Shown: piece by piece, positions 20,001 through 28,432 of the stretch | How positions within the stretch are numbered: position 1 is the stretch's first letter | Layout: every line of letters starts with the position of its first letter | From: Andalucia godoyi And28 | Lineage: Eukaryota; Protista; Jakobida | NCBI GenBank assembly: GCA_009859145.1 | Contig: VRVR01000025.1 | Location: 264,131-328,130 of the forward strand | Length of the DNA stretch: 64,000 nucleotides | Direction: 5' to 3' | Notes under the pieces: model-generated | Told to the model about the DNA's origin: nothing | Seen by the model: the letters and a program-made list of their open reading frames with translations, nothing else | Database searches by the model: none | Program-made: the position numbers and the translations under genes

Positions 20001-22043
20001 CTCTGCAACACGATAGATCTGCAGCGTCGAATTTCCTTCGACACCACCAAAGTAGTCGCCACTGACCACCAAGGTCTCGTCCTCGGTCCACTGGTCCGCA
20101 TTTTCGAGTGTCACAGAGCTATCGTTCCCACGAGCCGGTTGTTCTTCATCATCCGGCACACGCAAACGAACCGCCTGTGCTTGCTGACGACCCAGCCACA
20201 ATCGGCGGATGGCAGGAGGACCTTCACGGATAACGGACGGAAGGTTGTGGACAAAGACGGGGGTCTCGGTATTCGTTTCACCGCGATCGTTGGATGGAGA
20301 AATGCGAACGCTCAGCAGCTTTCCAATATCCGCAACGGTGGGATAGTAAGTGCGCTCGCAAGACAGCACGCGGCCATCTGCTTTTGACACCCATTCCACG
20401 GTGGTCGTACCCTCAACTCCACCGTAGAAGTGGTACTCCACTGACAGCTCCCCACCTTCAACAGGTTCTCCGGTGACTTTCACATCGCGGACCGATGGCG
20501 GAGCTGGCTGAATAATGGAAGTGATGGCAAAACAAGAAAATGGAGACAAACTGGAAAGATACGAAGGAGCAAACGCAGTGATTTCGGCCATCAAGCAGCA
20601 ATCAACGTCATCCAACACGAGATCGTACTCACAAGCGCGCTCCTGCTCCACACTTTCGACGACAGAAGACGAAGACTTCTCGAGTTCCACAAAGTCGCCG
20701 CCACAGCCGCGGGTGGAGCGATACCACTGGACCGTAAAGATTCCTGGGGTTGCACACCCGTCTGTTTCACGAAGGGCCTGCATTTTTGCTTTCTGAATGT
20801 CCTCCGACGTCACAGTAATTTCTGACTTTTGACCTCCGATGGAGTACACATACTTTCCAGGAGTCAAGAAGAGAGTGGTTTCAAATGCGGCCTTGGAAGT
20901 CGACCGAGACATATGCACAGGACTCGCCAACTTCGGAGTTTGGAAAACCACCTCGTCAATTGTCGCATGGGAGAGCGTGACGGGCAGCATGTGCGAAGGC
21001 AGAAACCCAAACTTCTCCGGATGTTCTGTAAGATGCGCAAAGGCAGCCGTGTTCAGCTGCAAGATGACCTCCAATTTGAGTCGGGAGCCTTCCATGACAG
21101 CGCCGTCCTTTCCAGAACTTGCAGTCTTCACATGCAGAATCCGGAGTGCCATTGTCTCGGAAGCCTCCTTCTGAAGCTGCTCAAGATAGACATCTTGTTC
21201 CAGGTTCGTTTTGTCGGACTTCTTCCCGGGAGTAGAAATCTTGGAATTGTTTGCCAGCTCTGAATCGAACGACGACTTTGAGGCTGGGATCCAACCCTCG
21301 CGCAAGCACACAGCAGTCTTCGTATCGACCAATCTGGAAGACTGCATCCGTTCTTCTTCAGAAACGTCCTTTCCGTTAATGCGGCGGAGAGAGGCAGACG
21401 ACATGCCAATCAGTGCCGTTCGAACATCGACCTTTTCACAGACAGGGTTCTCTTCGATGGAAATCGACTCCAGTTTGGGATGCCTGGGCATTCCGCCCAA
21501 TGACTGGAGCCTGTTGGATCCAAGAGCAAGGACAAGCAATGACGGCAGCAAGGGCATACCGTCAAGAGACTCCAGGGCGTTGTGTGCAAGAGACAAGACC
21601 TGCAGTTCATCAAACTTTGGAAAGTCAAACAGTGTTGTCAGATAGTTCCCAGACAGAAACAGCTGTCGAAGGTTCGGCAACGGGGCCAGCAGATCAAAGT
21701 GCGAGAGCGCATTGCACGACAAGTCAAGAACCTTCAGTTGGGGAAGCATTGAAAACGATGAAAACGACGACAAGCAGTTGTCTCGGAGATAGAGAAACTC
21801 GGCTCTCTGCACATGGGGAAAGAGAGAATCCAGAGATGTAAGTCCCTGTGAATTGAGCGACAACCGGCCGTTCTGCGGACGCAAAGCTTCCAGAATATTG
21901 TCGTCATCATGATGCGACGCAGCCGATGACAAATGCCGCGCCGAGCGCACCGTCGACTTTGACGAGTCCAGTCGCGACAAGTCGACGGACGTGTTGATCG
22001 ACTTGCGGCGACTCGATGCTGAAGGCGTAGACCCCGTCGTCAT
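17013..22043 (-). CDS. AIR9: AIR9-like microtubule-associated protein (basic S-rich N-terminus, SDS22-type LRRs, tandem A9 Ig-like repeats, PH-like domain and coiled-coil C-terminus)
   Basis: LRRs (FLYLRDNCL, VLDLSCNAL, LFLSGNYL) are followed by about ten A9-type repeats (YxYxGGxEGxSxxxWxR...YxPTxxDVG...TPVRxDGxxG). ATG 22043 (MTTGSTP) is preferred over the AT-rich in-frame extension. Confidence 0.85.
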   Translation of the reverse strand: MTTGSTPSASSRRKSINTSVDLSRLDSSKSTVRSARHLSSAASHHDDDNILEALRPQNGRLSLNSQGLTSLDSLFPHVQRAEFLYLRDNCLSSFSSFSMLPQLKVLDLSCNALSHFDLLAPLPNLRQLFLSGNYLTTLFDFPKFDELQVLSLAHNALESLDGMPLLPSLLVLALGSNRLQSLGGMPRHPKLESISIEENPVCEKVDVRTALIGMSSASLRRINGKDVSEEERMQSSRLVDTKTAVCLREGWIPASKSSFDSELANNSKISTPGKKSDKTNLEQDVYLEQLQKEASETMALRILHVKTASSGKDGAVMEGSRLKLEVILQLNTAAFAHLTEHPEKFGFLPSHMLPVTLSHATIDEVVFQTPKLASPVHMSRSTSKAAFETTLFLTPGKYVYSIGGQKSEITVTSEDIQKAKMQALRETDGCATPGIFTVQWYRSTRGCGGDFVELEKSSSSVVESVEQERACEYDLVLDDVDCCLMAEITAFAPSYLSSLSPFSCFAITSIIQPAPPSVRDVKVTGEPVEGGELSVEYHFYGGVEGTTTVEWVSKADGRVLSCERTYYPTVADIGKLLSVRISPSNDRGETNTETPVFVHNLPSVIREGPPAIRRLWLGRQQAQAVRLRVPDDEEQPARGNDSSVTLENADQWTEDETLVVSGDYFGGVEGNSTLQIYRVAENAQEVLITTVERQPTSAKHNNSVVSLSYTPTLADVGCHLKLVYTPISSQKVKGQASVLQLPTAVAPRNPVFVDFKFSPACVFEEASKLCVDYSYKGGFPAEQHDVAWFRLPHNNASTAPVEIAKNTFEYIPTREDLGHALRVVAFAVRRDYTRSASPVELTTPATIAACAPRVTSVSLNGARKQGSDIGASYGYVGGDEGKGTRVTWERSKDGVSGWKEIEDSAGDRTITLGMGDVDHFVRATVTPQRSDGTFGTPVSAQTEAVVSYADPIVHELSLPDEIFDGESFRPNYVYWGGPAGKHLFQYFLVPSLEAPREHWTAINDVPVEASDFLPLNAHCNSYIALEMTPVRFDNVRGEPSVVISSSPVKWTLPRVALLAFTINATLVDGQETVEEGTALTYDYSYMGGPEGDSIFEWTRIAGDPVVVSRSRDPYVLQREDIGAFMAVSVTPVRVDGVRGEPVQLLLSAQVIAAPPHLSRPLLRESPSDWKQGCPVVFEPNYVGGTEGDSTLSIFPEPSSFIELENGKRQPLLGLEHVHRIVRVEYTPVRSDGTRGQTVTVSSNSAVAPAAPVVSNVRIETLPAGAAIAEALPPIKLVGKGEYYGGYEGSSLLTWYRLDPKTDKRTKVSEDFAPTYTVSAQDTGHHLVFEYTPVRSDGAQGPAVSVQTATPVAALPPAVSDVRVEGGPFFTYPLTVLGNYVGGLEGRSEFQWLRKSAGEPLYTPIEGDVGRQRQYKPNADDLHASFRVRYTPVRSDGVKGTPVESSADGLEVYLDADFAMSLQKHFENGEATLQGKNTEANEDQLITLTSKKVLIGNEKKAVFKEEWAQTFFVECRGENQAFFSFKKKEFTFQFPTQKDRDYVAVVFRAFLGLEKKMAKELEIDKAMVKDFQSKDSKRRSTVVETLSQTSSSLQLSSIENVHSRRAAVVLEALRSNSKALQSKLAKARIDREQREEKLRKADEANAALSSGLQVCPQEDKDAWCARLPKFDSESTTV

Positions 22044-23242
22044 GTTCACAATCGTAAAAACAAAAGAGAAACAATAAACACAAACAAACAAACAAGCAAA
22101 CAGCACAAATAAATAAATAAATATATAAATAAATATATAAATCAAGAAGAGAGACAGAAATATGAAAATAAAATAGACAGGAGAAATATTGCAGATCATG
22201 ATTGACGTTTTCCCGGACCTAAACAAAGCAGGGGGGCGTTTGTCATTTTGACTTTTGGGGTTGCCGCAGTTTCCTTGGGAATGTCAGTCCGTGTCATTGT
22301 CGGGGCGTAATCCCCGCCGCTCGTCCTCTGAAAACTGAATTTACATTTGGTTCCTGATGTACGACTGGATGCGGATGGTCAGCAGGGATTCGCCATGCTT
22401 CGTGCACAATGCATGGGATGCGGTTTCTTTTTTTTCTGACAACGGTGCTGTGACGACTGGCGACGATCTCGGGGGTGTTGTGTTTTGCTGGTGTTTTATT
22501 TTCTGACGCGTAAAGCCTTTTTTCAAATCACGTTTTATACTGGGGGAACGCAAGTCTGGGGAGTATGGAGGGCACATAGGGCGCAGTGAGAAAGAAAAAC
22601 GCCGGGGTCGGCTTACTTCTTGTCGAATCTTCCGCTCGAGACGTCATACGTCACTTTGGCAGCAAACAAGGCGACCATTCCCGTAACGATGACATCTCCT
22701 GCAAAAGCCATCTGATCGATGCATTTGCGCGTCTTCGGCTTGTAATCCGAATTCTATAAATTGGGAACGAGAGGAAAAACAACAAGAAAACACGACAAAA
22801 AGAAAAGAAAAAGAAAAGAAAAAGAAGAAGAAGAAAAGCAAAATACGCAAAAAAGCAAGTCAGATTAGCAGATGATCATAAATCAGCCAAATACACATAT
22901 TCGGTATGAATATCACAAAATTTAAGTTTTAAAAAGGGGGAAGAGAGAACACCAATAGAGAAGATACATACAAAACGGCGGAAAACTGCCTGACGAGAAA
23001 CAGCAGCAATGGATTGTTTGAAGAACATGGTTGGAGTACCAAGACGGGATAACACAGACTAACGCAGAGAGAACAACAACGCAAACTGGGAAAGCAGCGA
23101 AAGACCTTTTTCTTCAAGGAGGTTTTTCCCACCTTTTGGAAACACAAAGCATGCGGTCTACGGCAGTTTATGTCAAAATGAAATAATAATAATAAAAATA
23201 AAACTACAACAACGCCTACATTTCTCACTGAGGATGCATGAC

Positions 23243-23351
23243 CATCGCCAGTTATGCGTAATCAGTGTTGCAACCCGGGCCATGTCGCCATGGACGGGAG
23301 AGGGGGGGTAGGCCCCCCACAGGCCTTGCTGGTGTTCTTAAGATAAATGTT
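23243..23351. other. Conserved non-coding element, copy 2 (paralog at 1508-1625)
   Basis: Same ordered blocks and near-identical spacing as copy 1. Confidence 0.75.
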
Positions 23352-23689
23352 CCGCGCTCCGTTTCAATCTCGATCAATCTGCGAGCAACACGCGAGACAT
23401 GCAGACACTTTGCTTCCGCCGCTCGCGACACTCGGTCGCCTTATGGAACAAACGTTGCAAAAAGTGAAACCAAAACCAAACCAACGAATGATAGAATGAT
23501 AGATGGCTACGGATGCTGCGTTAAAGAGTGTCGAAAATGCAGAGCCTGTGTCACCGGCTGAATTTTGGCCAAGCGTGCATCAGCACAAATTCCTGTGAAA
23601 CAAAACGTGTTAGTGTGTCGGCCAGTATTGACCGTGTCTGTTTATGTATAGTTCCGCATGCATGATAATGACGTGTCATTATGCAACGG

Positions 23690-25222
23690 TCATCTCTTCT
23701 TCCGTCTTGAAGTCGACAGCTTCTTTTGAGCAGCGATGCGGGCGCGTCGAACAATTTCTGCTTGCTCCATACCGGCCTTGTTGTCTGCATGCACTGATTT
23801 GAACTTTGTACTCGAGGGAAAATCGTACGATTCGCCGTCTTGCTTATCGCCTGCGGCCGCGTCGGGATCAACAGCATCCTCGTCGTCGGAACCGTCATTT
23901 CCCAGAGAATTCTTCTCACCCTTCTTTCTGGAATCGCGCAGAACAAATTTTGGAATGACTTCGATGTGCTTCGAAGGATAGGCAGACCTTCTGACTTCAG
24001 TCCCCGCCATACTGTCGGCTTCTTCAGTTTCTTCGACTACGTCGTCCGCCGCGTCCAAGTCACCTCGTTCAGCACCATTCTCTGCGCCGTCCTCCACAGA
24101 CAATGCAGCACCGGCATCTCTAGGGCTTTCACCCTCTTCGAAAACGCCCTTTTCCATCTGTGAATTAGCGCCATCTTCAGCAGCGTCGTCATCAGCCACT
24201 TCTCCCTCCTCCTCCTGCTCCTCCTGCTCGTCGTCGTCGTCGTCATCATCGTCTAGATCCTCCATCGAATTGTTCGTCTGAAACTCGCTCTCCAGGTCCT
24301 TGGACCAACCAGAGGCCTCCAGCTTGGAATCAAGATTTCCTCGCTTTTCGACTTCGTCAAGCGTGATCGCAAATTCAGTCTCGAATCGGAACCGACGTCT
24401 GAAAAAGTCTTTCAAGCTCTTCACGTCTCGCTGGAACAGTTCCTCGGCGTTCGGATGACTGGTCGAAACCATTTGCGGAAAGTCGATAAACACAATTGTG
24501 TCATCATCCTTGATCATCAGATTGAACTCGTTGAAGTCTCCATGGATCAAACCAACTTCTGCGAGCTGGACAAGCAGCTTCACACATTGTCGGAACACAT
24601 TTCCGGCATCCTCGACGTGGCGGACACTTGCCAATGGCCAACCAGCAACACGCTCCATGACCACAGCATGTCGGCTCCAGTCTACCGGCTCAGGAACAGG
24701 AAATCCCTCTGAATGCAGAGCCTTCATGAACGCATATTCCTTTGCAGCCGCAAGTCTCGACAAATACAGCCACGAAGCACTGGTTCGGTGCTGCAGGTAG
24801 TCGCGCTTCTCCTTCACGCCGCGAAACGACGTGCGCCCAAGTCTGTGGAACTTGATAACAAGCGGCCGATCCATATCGTTTGTAGCAGCAAACACGTCGG
24901 ATTCCTTTCCCACGCCGACCTTGGATCCAATTCCAGTGACCGTCTGTCGAGAGGAAAAGGCATGCACCGCAAGATAGTCGTAGCCTGCATACGTGAGTTT
25001 GTATCCGTCATACTTTAGACATTCGTGATGGATCAAGCGCAGTTTAGCAGCACGGGAAATATGGGGCCCAATCGCATTGCGGCTACGATTCGGAAACGCA
25101 ATGCGCTGAATCAACGGAGTCGGAACAACCTCGTGGTTCTTCATTCCCATTTCAATGGCCACAAGCGTGCGCCAGTCCCCCTTTTCCAGGTAGATCAAAG
25201 GCTCAATGTCGAATCGCACCAT
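23690..25222 (-). CDS. RIO2: Serine/threonine kinase RIO2 (40S biogenesis)
   Basis: EMGMKNHEVVP winged-helix region, GYKLTYAGYDYLA, GVGKESDV, KFHRLGRTSFR, IHGDFNEFN, IDFPQMVSTSHPNA, and an acidic C-terminal tail. Confidence 0.97.
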   Translation of the reverse strand: MVRFDIEPLIYLEKGDWRTLVAIEMGMKNHEVVPTPLIQRIAFPNRSRNAIGPHISRAAKLRLIHHECLKYDGYKLTYAGYDYLAVHAFSSRQTVTGIGSKVGVGKESDVFAATNDMDRPLVIKFHRLGRTSFRGVKEKRDYLQHRTSASWLYLSRLAAAKEYAFMKALHSEGFPVPEPVDWSRHAVVMERVAGWPLASVRHVEDAGNVFRQCVKLLVQLAEVGLIHGDFNEFNLMIKDDDTIVFIDFPQMVSTSHPNAEELFQRDVKSLKDFFRRRFRFETEFAITLDEVEKRGNLDSKLEASGWSKDLESEFQTNNSMEDLDDDDDDDDEQEEQEEEGEVADDDAAEDGANSQMEKGVFEEGESPRDAGAALSVEDGAENGAERGDLDAADDVVEETEEADSMAGTEVRRSAYPSKHIEVIPKFVLRDSRKKGEKNSLGNDGSDDEDAVDPDAAAGDKQDGESYDFPSSTKFKSVHADNKAGMEQAEIVRRARIAAQKKLSTSRRKKR

Positions 25223-25567
25223 CCGTCTTACAATCCAATTTTACTACTTTCAAAATCAAAGAAGAACAAGAAGCACAAGAGCAAGATCTGACAACAAAAA
25301 AGAAAATCACATTTACCATCACAGTCTCGTTTTTTCTTCATTTGAAACTTATATTGCAAAAAATCAAAAGGAAATGAGCGAAACACCCGTAGCATCACCT
25401 GAGACCAAAAGCCCCTCTCCCGAGCAACACGCACTGCCATCACATTCATATTCTGCAGCAGAATCGACGCGTAAAAAACAAAAAACAGACTGATTTCTAA
25501 AAGGAGAGGCGAGAGGCGAGGAAAGGCGAGGTTAAAGAAGAAGAAGAAGAAGGAGGAGGAGGAAACC

Positions 25568-26029
25568 ATGATGCTTCGACGGCTCTTCTCATCGGCACCG
25601 GTCGACAAGGGGATTGCGTCAGTGTTCGCGCTGGGAAAGCTGAACCACGTTGCAATAGCTGTACCGAAGCTGGATGCTGCAGTCGAACGGTTTGAAAAGG
25701 GTCTTTGTGCGACCGTTGGGAACTTCCAGACGCTGCCTGAGCATGGAGTCAAAGTCGCATTCGTGAAACTGCCAAACACGAACATTGAGCTGCTGGAGCC
25801 GTACGGCGAGAGCTCGCCCATTTCAAACTTTTTCAAAAAGAATGCGGATGGCGGAATCCACCACATCTGCATCGAGGTCAAGGATATCAATGTTGCGATG
25901 CAGCAGGTGAAGAAGTCGGGAATCCGACCGCTGAGCGCAGAGCCAAAGATCGGCGCCCATGGCAAACCAGTCGTGTTTCTTCATCCAAAGGATTGCAACG
26001 GCGTCTTGGTTGAACTCGAGCAAGAATAG
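25568..26029 (+). CDS. MCEE: Methylmalonyl-CoA epimerase with a mitochondrial-type presequence
   Basis: MMLRRLFSS presequence; LNHVAIAVP, EHGVKVAFV, IELLEP, GGIHHICIEV, GAHGKPVVFLHPKDCNGVLVELEQ. Confidence 0.97.
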   Translation: MMLRRLFSSAPVDKGIASVFALGKLNHVAIAVPKLDAAVERFEKGLCATVGNFQTLPEHGVKVAFVKLPNTNIELLEPYGESSPISNFFKKNADGGIHHICIEVKDINVAMQQVKKSGIRPLSAEPKIGAHGKPVVFLHPKDCNGVLVELEQE

Positions 26030-27219
26030 CTCCCACCATTCAGGTGATGGGCTTTGGTTTTTGTAAAGCATGAAGCTTTTTGTCTCACCGTTTTCGTATC
26101 TTGTCGGGTCACTCTCAAAGAGGGACGGAGCCTGGGGTATGCGGCTCGTGCACCCCATCGCTCGCAAAGTGGAATGCAGCAAGATGCATGCAGCACCAGG
26201 ACAGGCAAGACGAAGCTGGCTGTCACGACACAGCAGAACAGTTACAAAAAAAATATATACAAACAACAAAAAAAAACGTACCGGTTCCCACGGATCACTT
26301 GCTGAGCATTTCCCAAGCCGCACCGAAGGACGCTGAATATTCTGCTTCGACGTTTGGACGAGATTCCCGAGTTCGACAGAACGATGAAGCGTGCTGCCGT
26401 CCCCGTGGCCTCGTCGAACACCGTGGAATCGCCGCAGATAAGGACGATCCGCCTTGTCGTGTGATCAGCACACCTTTCTACACATCGAATAGGCTTTTGC
26501 AACGCAGGGCCCCCGGTTGTTGGTTGGACATTTTCCTGTTTTGTGCTCTTGTATTCTGGTTTCCCGACGATCCGTGACAGTTCGCAGTCCACGTCAGAGC
26601 AAAGGCGTCGGATGGCTCTGTCGGTGTGCAGGATGCCGTTGCGAACGACCCTTTTTAGGCGGTCCACTATCTGACGTGCGTCAAAACACGTATGAGCACA
26701 CCGGGAAAGCATCTGCACAGATGCTGTTCTGAATCACCACGAGTGCTACTACCCTGATCAGATGCTGCACTCCTTTCTGCCTGCAAACTCGTTCTTTTTA
26801 AGGCATCCACTCTGGCGAAGGACGATGACCGCATCGGAAAAAGGCCTTCAGACTCGAGAGTCTCCGTCATCCCGAGTTTTCACCCCGAACGTTTGCTCAC
26901 TTTTGTAACTAGCGGCAAGCTCCCCGGTTCCTGCCCCACGGGATCCTATTTTACTTTTCCCGTTCTTCCCTTTTCCCTCCCTCCTTCCTCCTTCCTCTGC
27001 TTCCTCCTGCTCCTGCTCCTCTCTCTCTCACCCCTCTCAACCCCCTTTCGCAGCCTCTCACTCCTTTCCTCAAAGAATTATTTCACCGATCAAAAGCAAC
27101 AACACGCCACTCTCTCTACCCGCCTTTTGTTTTTGACCGAAACAAATCAGCGTTATATTTTCCATCTGCACAACTCTTCAGCTTTCGTATCTTTTCGCCG
27201 ACCTCATCGCATACGAGAC

Positions 27220-28179
27220 ATGGGGTGCGGTACGAGTAAAGCGGTGGAGCCGCTGACGGTTGGTCGACGATCATCTGCAAAACATCCCGACGTCCGGCGT
27301 TTCAGCGATCCGGAGGAATCATTGCAAACGTCTCACTCTTCTGCTGCCGTTGATCGATGCAAGAGCACGGCTTCGGTGGTCTCTGTCTCGGACTGTGTCC
27401 TCGGCCCAAGAGGCGACAGTCTGCTCTCTATGACAGTGCTCACCGACTACTCCCCGAGATCGGACGAAGAGCTGATGGCGGACAAGGAGCCTGTGATCGA
27501 AGAACCGTTTGGCTCGCCACAAAAGATTGAACTCAACAACAAGACCATGCTTCCCGTGAACTTGACCGTGTGGTACACTGACGGATGGAAGCCGATTTCG
27601 CACAGCAAGATGCTTCCGACGAGGAGCCATCGTTCGGTCGATTTGAGCGTGCAGCGGCATGTTGCGGAACGTGGATTCCAGAGCAAGGAGATTGTAAACT
27701 GCGGCGGAACAAGATCGCAGTCGATAGTCGAGGTTCCGCATGGCTACAGGATTGTCGCGTGCGAAATCCTTCAGGGTTGGCAACGGGCGCTTGTTCTGTG
27801 CTTCAACGACGGAGAGCCCTTGCGATTTGATATTGCACCAATCAGTTGTGGCCCCGGCATGTCGGAAACCGACATGGAGGTGCGGGCATTGTTTGAAGCT
27901 GTGAAGGACGACGTTTCAACCACCGGCGTATGCTGTGTCTGCAGTGGTAGCAAGTCCGTGCAGCCATCAATCTCGACACTGCGAGTACCGGTTTACAAGG
28001 ACGTCGAGGATGTTCCGCAATCGGCATTTGTTGTTCGGATCAAGAGTGGGTCGGTTTCTCAGTACTGCTTCTCGATTCGACACAACGGAAGCGAAGTGGG
28101 CTTTCTTCCGTCAGACCAAATCGAGCTGGATGCAGACCAAATTGTCCAGAAGTACACCGAAGGAACGGAATGTCCATGA
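27220..28179 (+). CDS. Uncharacterised protein with N-terminal MGCGTSK dual-acylation motif (319 aa)
   Basis: Coding-like GC-rich ORF after a pyrimidine-rich leader, with an MG-C start and a beta-rich C-terminal half. No family recognised. Confidence 0.75.
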   Translation: MGCGTSKAVEPLTVGRRSSAKHPDVRRFSDPEESLQTSHSSAAVDRCKSTASVVSVSDCVLGPRGDSLLSMTVLTDYSPRSDEELMADKEPVIEEPFGSPQKIELNNKTMLPVNLTVWYTDGWKPISHSKMLPTRSHRSVDLSVQRHVAERGFQSKEIVNCGGTRSQSIVEVPHGYRIVACEILQGWQRALVLCFNDGEPLRFDIAPISCGPGMSETDMEVRALFEAVKDDVSTTGVCCVCSGSKSVQPSISTLRVPVYKDVEDVPQSAFVVRIKSGSVSQYCFSIRHNGSEVGFLPSDQIELDADQIVQKYTEGTECP

Positions 28180-28432
28180 CGGATGGATCTGGCGGCTCCA
28201 ACAATATATGCAATTACACTATACTCCCCCCTGTACAGAACTGTGAGGATGCACTGAATATAAACGAAAATGAAAAGGAAAATGTTAAACTTCCAATTGA
28301 TTAATTAAATAAATACAGCAGCAAATTTAAATAATATATTGAAGGAAAAAAAAAATGCGAGCGAGAAGGAAAGAAATAAATGATAACAGTAGTCTTTATA
28401 CATTTTCTTAAAAATTAATAGTGTTCCAAGTT

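Noticed and set aside
25823-26158. Minus-strand ORF beginning MGCTSR (acylation-like start)
   Set aside because: About 200 nt overlaps MCEE antisense and no family motif is present, so the start motif is probably chance.
26242-26870. Two overlapping minus-strand ORFs that a 29-nt GT-AG intron could join
   Set aside because: The intron would be very short with a weak donor, the product ends in a T-run-derived tail, and no homology is recognised. It stays unresolved without RNA data.
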